58,885 nucleotides of DNA from an uncultured Gammaproteobacteria bacterium. Lineage in GTDB: Bacteria; Patescibacteriota; Microgenomatia; Levybacterales; UBA12049. The position numbers and the translations under genes are program-made. Shown piece by piece: positions 28,457 through 38,500 of the stretch. Location: NCBI GenBank assembly GCA_964576705.1, contig CAZNVI010000002.1, positions 1-58,885 on the forward strand. Direction: 5' to 3'. Positions within the stretch are counted from its first letter, which is position 1. Every line of letters begins with the position of its first letter. The notes under the pieces were generated by a model. That model ran no database searches. It was not told the DNA's origin and saw nothing but the letters and a program-made list of their open reading frames with translations.

Positions 28457-30366
28457 ATTTTTTAATGGGTGACGCACGTTTTTTTTGGCCTGAAAATATA
28501 AATTATTTTTCAGGCGTACCACAAGCATGGGATGCAAGCTTGAATACAGGCATCGGGCAATCAGGGGTAAGTACATTGTGGATTACTTCTTATCTCTACA
28601 TCACAAACGTACTTTCACATATAGGATTATCATGGATAACTTTGGTACTAGTATTTTGGATATTCCCGATTATATTACTTTCTTTTTTCTCATCAGTTTT
28701 ATTATTCCGTCATCTATTTATAACACCTATTAAACTAAGATTTATAGCGGGCATTATATATGCGCTAAACACATATTCGATAATGAATATTTTGGGGGGA
28801 CAGTTTGGCGTGATGCTTGCATACAGCATTCTACCTTTAGTTTTACTGTGTTTTATTAAAGTTTATGAGAATCCTGATCTTAAAAATTCATTAATCGCAG
28901 GACTAGCTATAAGTTTACAAGTGCTTTTTGATCCGCGGTTAGTTTATATTAGTATTCTAATTATCGGAGTATATTATTTATTTTCCGGATCATTAAAGAC
29001 TAATTTAAAGCTAAAACTGGTATATGTTTTTTTTATCCCGATAGTAATTATTTTTGTATTGCACAATTATTGGATTTTACCATTAATATACTTTACTACT
29101 CCATCGACTCCGTTTAACTATAATAGCCTGGGAGGATTTAAATTCTTCAGCTTCGCGGAATTTCCCTATGCAATTTCTTTACTTCATCCGAATTGGCCGG
29201 ATAATATATTCGGGAAGGTTAATTTTTATAAGCCTGAGTTTATGATTTTGCCGATAATCGGGTTTTCAGTGCTTAATTATTTAAAACTAACCGGGAGATC
29301 GAATGCTAAAGGAGAGAAAGAAAAACGATTGACATTATTTTTTGCATTCCTGCTACTTTATGGTGCCTTTCTTGCAAAAGGGGTAAATGAGCCGCTTGGC
29401 GCAGGTAACATTTTTTTATTTAAATATATACCCGGTATGTCTCTGTTTCGAGATCCTACTAAATTTTATACGATTATCGCAGTGGCTTATTCAATGCTAA
29501 TTCCTTTGGCATTTTTGCATCTCATAGAGACACGACTCAAAAAAAATAAAAAATATTCCATTTATATATACATATTATTTACAGTTTCATATTTAGGGAT
29601 TTTATTTTCACAATTATATAACTCAAATCTGAAGTTTTTCGAAGAAAGAACAATCCCGCAAGAATATATTTCATTTAAAAATATGATTGTCAATGAAAAT
29701 GAATACTTTCGAACTTTATGGGTTCCCCAATGGCAGCGGTATGGATATTTTTCAGATCTTAATCCTGCGATAGGTAGAGGTGAAGTTATACCTTTTGCCT
29801 CACCTATCAGTATGGCAAAAGAATTGAAAGATGATAGAGTTATCCGTCAGCTCCAAGATTTAGGCGTTAAGTATATTGTCTTGCCTTATGACTCACTCGG
29901 TGAATTTTTTATTGATGACAGAAAATATGATGAAAAAACATATATTAAAACTAAATTAGAATTAGACACAAATACTAATCTTTCGAAGAAAACTAATTTT
30001 GGTAAAGTCTTTGTTTATGAATTAGACGGTTGGAAAGACAGGTTCCGGCTAATTTCAAATTCTGGTATTAGATGGAAGGCAAATTCTGCAACAGAGTATG
30101 AAATCGAGCTTGAAAATGATAAAATTGAAAGTAAGTTGATATTTTCTGACAGTTTCGATCCAAATTGGGTTGCCATATGGGGGGATCAAGTAGTTAACTC
30201 AAAAGCCTTTAATGATGTACTAAACAGTTTTGATATATCTAAAGGGGCAAAACATATAAAAATATATTATGCACCCCAAAAGTTAGTAAATATTGGGTTA
30301 ATATTGAGCGGAACGAGTCTTTTTTTAATATTAGCAGTAATAGCATATCTAGGTAAAGAGAAGTAA
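28453..30366 (+). CDS. GT-C-like membrane protein (AftD/YfhO-like) with ecto-domain and C-terminal anchor
   Basis: N-terminus GDARFFWPENINYFSGVPQAWDASLNTGIGQSG. More than 10 TM helices. The C-terminal IKIYYAPQKLVNIGLILSGTSLFLILAVIAY parallels the end of the 1131-aa protein. Confidence 0.45.
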   Translation: MNFLMGDARFFWPENINYFSGVPQAWDASLNTGIGQSGVSTLWITSYLYITNVLSHIGLSWITLVLVFWIFPIILLSFFSSVLLFRHLFITPIKLRFIAGIIYALNTYSIMNILGGQFGVMLAYSILPLVLLCFIKVYENPDLKNSLIAGLAISLQVLFDPRLVYISILIIGVYYLFSGSLKTNLKLKLVYVFFIPIVIIFVLHNYWILPLIYFTTPSTPFNYNSLGGFKFFSFAEFPYAISLLHPNWPDNIFGKVNFYKPEFMILPIIGFSVLNYLKLTGRSNAKGEKEKRLTLFFAFLLLYGAFLAKGVNEPLGAGNIFLFKYIPGMSLFRDPTKFYTIIAVAYSMLIPLAFLHLIETRLKKNKKYSIYIYILFTVSYLGILFSQLYNSNLKFFEERTIPQEYISFKNMIVNENEYFRTLWVPQWQRYGYFSDLNPAIGRGEVIPFASPISMAKELKDDRVIRQLQDLGVKYIVLPYDSLGEFFIDDRKYDEKTYIKTKLELDTNTNLSKKTNFGKVFVYELDGWKDRFRLISNSGIRWKANSATEYEIELENDKIESKLIFSDSFDPNWVAIWGDQVVNSKAFNDVLNSFDISKGAKHIKIYYAPQKLVNIGLILSGTSLFLILAVIAYLGKEK

Positions 30367-30371
30367 ACATT

Positions 30372-31241
30372 ATGAGAAAGATAATACTTTTAGGCAAAAA
30401 CGGTCAACTCGGTAGTGAATTCATTAGGCAAAATGATCAATTTAATTTTGATCTGTATGCTTTCGGGCGCGAGGACTTAGATGTAACAGCTTCATCAGAT
30501 CTCATTCATAAGACTATAGCAGATATCAGACCGGATATTCTCATAAATACAACGGCTTTCACAAATGTCTCAAGTTGTGAAACACTGTCGGATACAGCAT
30601 TTTCCGTTAATGCCACATCTTTAAAAAATTTAGCAGTTGAGTGTGATAAGTTTGGTATAAAATTTGTTACTTTCAGTACAGATTATGTGTTTGACGGCAA
30701 TAAGGGTAGTGGATATGTTGAAACTGATACCCCAAACCCCTTACAAATATATGGTTTGTCTAAATACGCGGGTGAATTGATCTCTAACTTATATTGTAGA
30801 AATGCATATATTATTAGAACAAACGGTGTTTACGGGGGTTTATCAGGAAGTAGAGCAAAAAGAGGCAATTTCGTATTGAATATTTTACAAAAATCTAAAG
30901 AAAAAGACGAAATAGAGGTGGTAGCTGATCAGACTGTAAGTCCAACATATGCTCCTGATTTAGCTAAAGCAACGTATAATCTAATTTTAAATGAAAATAT
31001 TAATTCTGGTATTTATCATCTAATAAACGAAGGTCATTGCTCCTGGGCGGAATTCGCTACAAGTATACTTGACTATGTAGGTTCAAAAACAAAAATTATT
31101 CCAGTTCAGTCAAAGTACATGACTACTGACTTTAAAAGGCCTCTTTATACAGCGTTATTGAACACAAGAGCACGAGGATATGACATAATCCTACCTGATT
31201 GGAAAGATGCAATAAAGAGGTATTTGGATTCTTTAAAATAA
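30372..31241 (+). CDS. rmlD: dTDP-4-dehydrorhamnose reductase
   Basis: MRKIILLGKNGQLGSEF, DILINTTAFTNVSSCE, FSTDYVFDG, YGLSKYAGE, QTVSPTYAPDLA. This is the canonical RfbD/RmlD layout. Confidence 0.8.
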   Translation: MRKIILLGKNGQLGSEFIRQNDQFNFDLYAFGREDLDVTASSDLIHKTIADIRPDILINTTAFTNVSSCETLSDTAFSVNATSLKNLAVECDKFGIKFVTFSTDYVFDGNKGSGYVETDTPNPLQIYGLSKYAGELISNLYCRNAYIIRTNGVYGGLSGSRAKRGNFVLNILQKSKEKDEIEVVADQTVSPTYAPDLAKATYNLILNENINSGIYHLINEGHCSWAEFATSILDYVGSKTKIIPVQSKYMTTDFKRPLYTALLNTRARGYDIILPDWKDAIKRYLDSLK

Positions 31242-31244
31242 ATT

Positions 31245-32168
31245 ATGTTAAGTGTCGTAGTACCAGTTTTTAATGAGGAAGAGTCTCTATCAACTTTTTA
31301 TAGTGAGATTAAGGTTGTTTTGGAAAAACTTGACGAAAAACACGAAATTATTTTTATAGACGATGGATCTACGGATAGTACTCTACAAAAATTAAAAGAT
31401 CTTTCCCGAAAAGATTCTAATATCAGGATTTTTTCACTTAGAAAAAATAGTGGTAAATCAGAAGGTTTAAGTGTAGGTTTCCAAAAAGCAAAAGGTGATT
31501 ATATATTTACAATAGATGTAGATCTTGAGGAGAAACCAAGTGAATTTCCCCGTTTACTTAAAATAATTGATGAAGGGTACGACATAGTTTCAGGATGGAG
31601 AAAAAACAGAAAGCATTCATTACCAAGGGTATATTCTTCAAAGATTGCTAATAGTATACTTTCGAAGCTATGGGGTTTGGAGTTGCATGATATAAATTGC
31701 GGCTTAAAGGTTTATACAAGAGATGCTGCGAAATCGTTACTTCTGTATGGAGGGTTATACAGATTCATACCTTTAATTGCTCACCTGAAAGGTTTTAGGG
31801 TTTCTGAAATAGTAGTAGATCATGAAAACAGGAAGTTCGGCAATGCTAAATATGGATTTCTGAAATTATGGAAAGATTTACCGGATGCATTTACAGTTTT
31901 ATTTTTAACTAAATACGCTGAAAAACCATTGCATTTCTTTGGTTTTATAGGTGGGTTAGTTTTTTCTCTGGGTTTTTTAATCTTTTTTTATTTAGGGATA
32001 ATTTGGCTATGGGGTGAATCAATAGGTAGAAGGCCATTGTTTTTTACAAGCATCTTTTTAATGCTAGGTGGAATTCAGATATTTTTCTCAGGCGTTCTTG
32101 CGGAGTTAATCAGAAATAATTCCCAAAGAGATTATACTCCTCAGATAAAGTATTCAAGTGATGTATAG
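31245..32168 (+). CDS. Polyprenyl-phosphate glycosyltransferase (GtrB/ArnC-like GT2 with two C-terminal TM helices)
   Basis: LSVVVPVFNEEESL...IIFIDDGSTDST...NSGKSEGLSVGFQKAKGDYIFTIDVDLEE, then TM helices FFGFIGGLVFSLGFLIFFYLGII and FTSIFLMLGGIQIFFSGVLAELI. Confidence 0.8.
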   Translation: MLSVVVPVFNEEESLSTFYSEIKVVLEKLDEKHEIIFIDDGSTDSTLQKLKDLSRKDSNIRIFSLRKNSGKSEGLSVGFQKAKGDYIFTIDVDLEEKPSEFPRLLKIIDEGYDIVSGWRKNRKHSLPRVYSSKIANSILSKLWGLELHDINCGLKVYTRDAAKSLLLYGGLYRFIPLIAHLKGFRVSEIVVDHENRKFGNAKYGFLKLWKDLPDAFTVLFLTKYAEKPLHFFGFIGGLVFSLGFLIFFYLGIIWLWGESIGRRPLFFTSIFLMLGGIQIFFSGVLAELIRNNSQRDYTPQIKYSSDV

Positions 32169-32173
32169 ATAAT

Positions 32174-32395
32174 ATGAAAATTCAGGATTTAGCATTTGTG
32201 ATAGCTTTGGCGTTTTTATTACACAAAAAAATAAGTCCTAATTTATTAGCTTTAATAGGCATAGTTTTATTGGCAATTTCGATTCCGCTATTTTCGAGTT
32301 GGATTTTTTTTACGGCTTACCGCTTGGTATATTTTGCTGCATTATTTTTTCTCCTTTCAATTCTTCTGCATTTATATTACGCTAGGAATAAGTAA
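32174..32395 (+). CDS. Small integral membrane protein (2-3 TM), unknown function
   Basis: 73 aa and hydrophobic. Tightly packed after the GtrB-like gene. Confidence 0.45.
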   Translation: MKIQDLAFVIALAFLLHKKISPNLLALIGIVLLAISIPLFSSWIFFTAYRLVYFAALFFLLSILLHLYYARNK

Positions 32396-32426
32396 TACAG
32401 ATTGAATCTGGAATTGGAAATTAGGT

Positions 32427-32966
32427 ATGAGAATAGCAATAGATATTTCACAGACAGCACATGAAAATACAGGCGTTGCGAACTTTCTCGAAAAGTTAGT
32501 TGATGGTTTGTTAGTAGCTGATGATGGCAATGAGTATATTTTATTTGGTTCTTCATTACGCAATAATACTAAGTATAAAGTATTAAGTACTAAGTATAAA
32601 AATAAGACAAAACTAACATTTAAGTTCTTTAGATTGCCACCTACATTTCTTGATTTACTGTGGAATAGGTTACATATATTATCAATTGAGAGTTTAATAG
32701 GAAAAGTTGATGTATTTATTTCATCTGATTGGATTCAGCCTCCGACTAAATCAGCAAAGAAGGTGACGATCTTATACGACTTAATAGTTTATAAATACCC
32801 TGCAGAAACTCATAAGAAAATAGTTAATACGCAAAAAAGAAGGCTAAATTGGGTAAAAAAAGAATGCGATTCAGTAATTTGTATTTCTGAGGCGACGAAA
32901 AAAGATGCGATAGATATCTTGGAAATTGACGAGAAAAAAATAAGCGTAGTTTATCCCGGAATATAA
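32427..32966 (+). pseudogene. GT4 glycosyltransferase N-terminal domain only (truncated copy or split-enzyme half)
   Basis: MRIAIDISQTAHENTGVANF...VTILYDLIVYKYP...SVICISEATKKDAIDILEIDEKKISVVYPGI then stop. The ORF ends exactly at the N/C-domain boundary (compare YVVHPGI in the next gene). No EX7E domain follows, because the next gene starts 5 nt later. Confidence 0.5.
32571..32598 (+). repeat. Imperfect heptanucleotide tandem array (AAGTATN)x4 inside the GT4 fragment
   Basis: AAGTATA AAGTATT AAGTACT AAGTATA with degenerate flanks. Encodes TKYKVLSTKYK. Confidence 0.85.
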
Positions 32967-32971
32967 ATCAT

Positions 32972-34093
32972 ATGTTAATAGGTATTGATGGAAATGAGGC
33001 AAATGTAGAAAAAAGGGTTGGTGTAAGTGAGTTCGCGTTTGAATTGTTATCACAATTCAAAAGGCATCAGGTATCCGATATCAAGTATCAAGTATATCTT
33101 AAAAGTCAGCTTAATGGTCAGCTGCCTGAACAATCGGAGGGTTTTAGGTATAGAATCTTTGGTCCGGGTAAAGCTTGGACGCAGTGGAGGCTTCCGTTAG
33201 ATTTATATATTCATCGTCCAAGGCCGGATGTATTTTTTACTCCTTCTCACTATTCTCCTCGTTTTTCACCAATTCCTACAGTTGTTTCAGTAATGGATTT
33301 ATCTTATATTTATTATCCGGAATTATTTAATAAATCCGATCTTTATCAGCTTAAAAATTGGACTAAGTATTCGGTAAGTATGGCAAGTGCAGTAATAACC
33401 ATTAGTCGATCATCTCAATTTGATATAATTAAAGAGTATAAGATACCTGAGGAAAAGGTATATGTGGTTCATCCTGGAATAAAGTTAATAAGCGACCTTG
33501 AGCCCCATGTTTATCCTATGAGCGAACTTAGTATAAAATATAGAATTTCTAACAGGTATATATTGTTTGTCGGAACATTGCAGCCTAGGAAGAACATAGA
33601 GCGGTTAATTGAGGGATTTAGCAAAATATCAAATATAGAAAAAGATTTACAGTTAGTTATCATCGGAAAAAAGGGTTGGCAGTTTGAATCTATTCTTCAA
33701 GCTCCTGAAAAATTCGGAGTTTTAGAAAAAGTAAAATTTCTTGATTTCGTGCCCGACGAAGATTTACCGCTTTTCTATAAAAATGCAATTTGTTTTGTAT
33801 TACCAAGTCTATATGAGGGGTTTGGTCTTCCTATACTTGAAGCAATGAAGCATAATTGTCCTGTAATAACGAGCAATGTCTCAAGTATGCCTGAGGCGGG
33901 AGAAAACGCTTGTTTGTACATAGATCCTGAAAATGTGGAGGATATCTCTAAGAATATAAAAAAATTAATCGAGGATGATAAGCTGAGAATAACTCTTATC
34001 AAAAAAGGAAAGGAACATATTAAGAAATTCAGTTGGGAAAAAACAGCAAAAGAAACATTGGCAATCTTAGAAAAAGTGGGAAATGAAAGTTAA
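32972..34093 (+). CDS. Family-4 glycosyltransferase
   Basis: MLIGIDGNEA N-domain. YEGFGLPILEAMKHNCPVITSNVSSMPEAGENA EX7E region. Confidence 0.8.
   Translation: MLIGIDGNEANVEKRVGVSEFAFELLSQFKRHQVSDIKYQVYLKSQLNGQLPEQSEGFRYRIFGPGKAWTQWRLPLDLYIHRPRPDVFFTPSHYSPRFSPIPTVVSVMDLSYIYYPELFNKSDLYQLKNWTKYSVSMASAVITISRSSQFDIIKEYKIPEEKVYVVHPGIKLISDLEPHVYPMSELSIKYRISNRYILFVGTLQPRKNIERLIEGFSKISNIEKDLQLVIIGKKGWQFESILQAPEKFGVLEKVKFLDFVPDEDLPLFYKNAICFVLPSLYEGFGLPILEAMKHNCPVITSNVSSMPEAGENACLYIDPENVEDISKNIKKLIEDDKLRITLIKKGKEHIKKFSWEKTAKETLAILEKVGNES
33062..33096 (+). repeat. Imperfect heptanucleotide tandem array (ARGTATC-like x5) in GT4 N-domain loop
   Basis: AGGCATC AGGTATC CGATATC AAGTATC AAGTATA. Encodes RHQVSDIKYQVY. 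Confidence 0.75.
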
Positions 34094-34095
34094 AT

Positions 34096-34689
34096 ATGAT
34101 AGATAGAACCGGAAAGCAGCTGTCAAATGGAGAGATTATAAATAAAGTCGGCTTGAGAGTTAGAACTATATGGAATGAGCTTATTGTGTTTATATTGCAT
34201 TTGGCAGGTTGCGTTCCTTTGCATAATTTCAGGCGTTTTATTTATAACATGGCAGGAATTCGTATCGGAAAAGGATCTGCGTTACATATGCATGCCAGGT
34301 TTTACCTTCCTTCTAATATTTCAATCGGAGAAGATACTGTTATAGGTGAAGGTGTAGTGTTAGACGGGCGGGATGATCTAAAAATAGGTAACCATGTTGA
34401 TATTGCGTCTAACGTCATGATTTATAATGCAGAACATGATATTCATAGTGAGGATTTCCATGCGGTTACATCGCCTGTTAATGTAGAAGATTACGTGTTT
34501 ATAGGACCTCGGGCAATTATTCTTCCCGGGGTTACACTGGGTAGAGGATCTGTGGTGGGAGCGGGCGCGGTCGTAACGAAATCAGTTCAAGAGTTTGAAG
34601 TAGTCGGCGGTGTTCCTGCTAAAGTTATAGGAGAAAGACAAAATAAAAATCCTCAATATAAGCTTGGAAGAGCTGCTTGGTTCAGGTAG
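34096..34689 (+). CDS. Hexapeptide-repeat (LbH) sugar O-acetyltransferase, WcaF/maltose-acetyltransferase-like
   Basis: IGEDTVIGEGVVLDGRDDLKIGNHVDIASNVMIY...VFIGPRAIILPGVTLGRGSVVGAGAVVTKSV...VGGVPAKVIGER. One N-terminal hydrophobic helix. Confidence 0.8.
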   Translation: MIDRTGKQLSNGEIINKVGLRVRTIWNELIVFILHLAGCVPLHNFRRFIYNMAGIRIGKGSALHMHARFYLPSNISIGEDTVIGEGVVLDGRDDLKIGNHVDIASNVMIYNAEHDIHSEDFHAVTSPVNVEDYVFIGPRAIILPGVTLGRGSVVGAGAVVTKSVQEFEVVGGVPAKVIGERQNKNPQYKLGRAAWFR

Positions 34690-34700
34690 TTTTTGGTACT

Positions 34701-35555
34701 ATGTTAAATCTTTCTATAATTATTCTAAGTTATAATACAAAAGAGTACCTTCGCGATTGTTTGCAGTCTATTTATAATAATTTGCCTAAAGGGTTTTTTG
34801 AAGTGATAGTTGTAGATAATGCTTCTATTGATAATAGTATTGAAATGGTACTTAAAGAATTTCCGAAAGTAAATGTATTTAAATCAGATAAAAACCTAGG
34901 TTTTGCCAAAGGTGTAAATATGGGCGCAAAAAAAGCTAAGGGTGAGCTTCTACTTTTTCTAAATTCTGACGCTGTTTTGCAAAATGATAAAGTCGTCGAG
35001 ATGACATCTTTCATCCGGAGAAATGAGGATGTGGGAATATTGGGCGGCTTGCTGGTTAACCAAGATTTAACCAGGCAGAGATCTTATGGTAAATTTTATA
35101 CTCTACCAGTCGCAGTTAAGATGTTAATCGGAGGCGATAGGATGGAGATTCGTGGCAAACGACTTGATAAGCCTGTTAGGGTGGATTGGGTTAGTGGCGG
35201 ATTCATGATGGTAAAGACATCGATTTTTACTAAGATTTCAGGCTTTGACGAAAACTATTTTATGTATATGGAAGATGTAGATTTGTGTTATAGAGCTAAA
35301 AATATGGGTTTTCTGACATTTATTTTTCCGGATAGTTATGCACTTCATTTAAGTCACGGAAGCTCTAATCGTACCTTTGCAATCGAAAATATCTATAAAG
35401 GGTTGTTATATTTTTATAAAAAACATAGACATGAATGGGAATATAATGTGTTGAAATTTATATTATTTACTAAAGCTTGGATACTTATGTCTACGGGCAT
35501 ATTAATTCGCAACCAGTATTTAAAGAATACTTATAGAAATGTAATTCGAGTCTAG
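34701..35555 (+). CDS. Family-2 glycosyltransferase (WbbL-like subgroup)
   Basis: First ATG is at 34701. LSIIILSYNT...VVDNASIDNS...NLGFAKGVNMGAKKAKGELLLFLNSD...YMEDVDLCYRA. Confidence 0.8.
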   Translation: MLNLSIIILSYNTKEYLRDCLQSIYNNLPKGFFEVIVVDNASIDNSIEMVLKEFPKVNVFKSDKNLGFAKGVNMGAKKAKGELLLFLNSDAVLQNDKVVEMTSFIRRNEDVGILGGLLVNQDLTRQRSYGKFYTLPVAVKMLIGGDRMEIRGKRLDKPVRVDWVSGGFMMVKTSIFTKISGFDENYFMYMEDVDLCYRAKNMGFLTFIFPDSYALHLSHGSSNRTFAIENIYKGLLYFYKKHRHEWEYNVLKFILFTKAWILMSTGILIRNQYLKNTYRNVIRV

Positions 35556-35580
35556 ATAGATCAGGATATTTAACATATAT

Positions 35581-38500
35581 ATGAAGATAATTAATTGGTT
35601 ATTTGAAAATATACTGCTTGTTATTACTCTTTTTCTTTTAATTTTTATTCCTTTATATCCTAAGATACCTTTATTTGATATACGTAATACATGGGTTTAT
35701 ATACGCTTGGACGATGTTGTAGTTGTTTCGTCTGTGTTGGTCTGGTCATTGCTTATCATCCGAAAAAAAGTTAGTTTGAAAACTCCATTGACCATGCCGA
35801 TTTTAATCTTTTGGATAATTGGTGCGATTGCCACTATTCATGGTGTCCTTTTGATATTTCCTACCCTAGCCAATGTTTTTCCGAACGTAGCATTCTTAAG
35901 TTATCTGCGAAGAATAGAATACTTAAGTTTATTTTTTGTAGCCTTCTCAGGAATAAAAGATAAGAAACACCTGCTTTATGTAGGCGTAGTACTTACTATC
36001 GCACTATTTGCAGTAGTCGGATATGGGGCTGGGCAAAGATATTTAGGTTTTCCGGCTTTTCTTACTATGAATGAAGAGTTTGCTAAGGGCGAACCGATCC
36101 GACTTTCTCAATTCTCAAGAGTTCCTTCTACATTCGCTGGACATTATGATTTGGCAGCTTATCTGGTTCTTGTTCTTCCAATTCTTACTAGCTTAGTATT
36201 TGGAGTTCGTAAATGGATTCCGAAGCTTATAATCATGGCAGGTGTAGTTTTAGGCTTTGTGCTTATGTTCATGACAGTGTCGCGAGTGTCTTTCTTCGTA
36301 TTATTTATCGCAATAGGAGCAGTATTAATTTTCCAAAAAAAGAAGATAGTGCTTTTTGTGCTGCCGGTCATAGCTTTACTGTCAGTTTTATTTTTGAGTC
36401 TCGCTCCTGCTCTTATAGATCGCTTCGGAAGTACTATAAAGCAAGTAGATGTTTTAGTTGATGCGACTACCGGTGAAGCAATAGGCAGTGCCAAGCTTGT
36501 TCCTTCAGATTATTTTAAGGATAAAATTATTATCCAGGATTATGTATTGAAAGATGATAAAGTAGATGGGTCATCGATATTTGAAGAAAGCGACGAGTTA
36601 TTTAATAAAAGCACTGATACTCTTTCTGCTATTACAGCAGGAATAAGTTCTCCATCTGCAGCTGTAGTTCCATATTATTTATTATCGGATCATGTGACAC
36701 TGCTCGTTCCGGCAAATGTTTCAACAGGAGAAAATCTCCCGCAAGGTACTGGATATATAAATCTCTCATTATCGCCTGTTACCAGAAAAATAGGAGAATA
36801 TTTTTATGAAAAGCAAGACGATTCAGGTAGTGGCAAATCGGCTGATGTAGTCATAATAAACGGTAATTTTCTGGTAAAAAAAGCATCCGCTTATGATCTT
36901 TCTTTTACTACACGTTTCCAGGGTGAATGGCCACATGCTATTAAGGCATTTATGAGAAATATATTTTTTGGGTCTGGATATGGCTCAATAAGTCTTGCAA
37001 TTGATAATAATTATTTCAGGATCCTCGGAGAGGTCGGTTTATTAGGTATTGTTTCATTTCTGATCATCTTCATAACCGGAGGTATTTACATCAAGAAAAC
37101 ATTACCCTATATTCAGTCACCTTTGATTAGAAGTTTTATTATAGGTTTTGTGGCGGGAGTATTCGGTTTGGCTCTTAATGCTGTGTTAATTGATGTCTTC
37201 GAAGCATCAAAAGTTGCATATGTATTGTGGCTATTAATGGGAGTAGTAATTGGAGTATTACATCTACATCAAAAAGAAAAATTTGATATTTTAAAGGAAT
37301 TGAAGAAATCTGCTTTTTCTACACCAGCAATAGTTATTTACTTATTAATTACCTCAATTTTTGTTTTCTCACCTATGCTCAGTAATTATTTCGTCGGTGA
37401 TGATTTTACTTGGTTTAGGTGGGCAGCTGAAAATAATAATTTTCTCAGTTTCTTTACTAAAGCAGATGGATTTTTCTATCGGCCGGGTACGAAATTATAT
37501 TTTTCTACAATGTATAAAATGTTTTGGTTAAACCAAACTGTTTACCATACTGTTTCTATGCTTATGCATTTTATTGTTACTGTGCTGGTATTTTTACTTT
37601 CCAAAAAGATCTTAAAAGATAATAGAATAGCTGCACTATCAGGATTTTTATTCCTTTTTTTAAGCGGGTATCATGAAGCTGTATTTTGGATCTCATCAAC
37701 AGGTTATCTTTTTACGGCTTTCTTCATGATATCAAGTCTTCTATTTTTTGTCAGGTGGATAGACTATAAAAAAATCGTTTATTTTTTTATGTCGTTATTA
37801 TTTCTTGTCCTGTCGTTATTATTTCATGAACTAGGAGTAGTCACGATACTATTATTATTGTTTTATTATTACATTTATGAAGCCAAACTAAATCCTACTA
37901 AATTATTAGATAAAAAAATTTATATGTTTATACTTTTTGTGCCTATGTTTATTTATGGTTTATTGCGGTTCATAGCGGATAGCCATTGGTTTTCGGGAGA
38001 CTATAATTATAATTTAATAAAACTTCCGGTTAATAGTATCGGGAATGTGATTGGCTATTTATTTCTTTCAATTTTAGGTCCTTTCTCGTTACCATTTTAT
38101 TCGATAATCAGAAACTTATTTAAAGAACAGTTTTTTATAGCATTAATTCTTGGAGCCATATTTTTGACAGTCTTAATATTTGTTTATCGATTTTTTAGGA
38201 ATATGACTTCAAAAGAAGATTCGCGAATAATACTCTTTTCAACAGGTTTATTTATCATCGGATTAATACCATTTTTAGGATTAGGAAATATAACTTCCCG
38301 ATATAGTTATGTCTCAAGTATAGGCTTCGTTATAATAGCCAGTTTTTCCATTAAAAAAATATATTCTTATTTATTAGACCAAGGTAAAGAGATTGCTCTA
38401 GCAGTAGCTGCTGTATTTATTACTCTATTTATGCTTTTTCACCTAATGCAGATACAGCAAATACATAGCGATTGGAACACTGCTGGTAAAAAGGCTGAGA

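Noticed and set aside
32427-34093. Programmed frameshift or read-through joining the GT4 fragment to the downstream GT4.
   Set aside because: The product would be N-domain + N-domain + C-domain, which makes no structural sense for a GT-B enzyme. There is no slippery sequence at the 5-nt junction.
37790-37831. The 21-nt tandem duplication (and the 12-nt one at 23653-23676) as functional repeats.
   Set aside because: They are simple two-copy in-frame duplications within a TM helix and a soluble domain. Replication slippage is the most economical explanation. They are recorded as repeats only.
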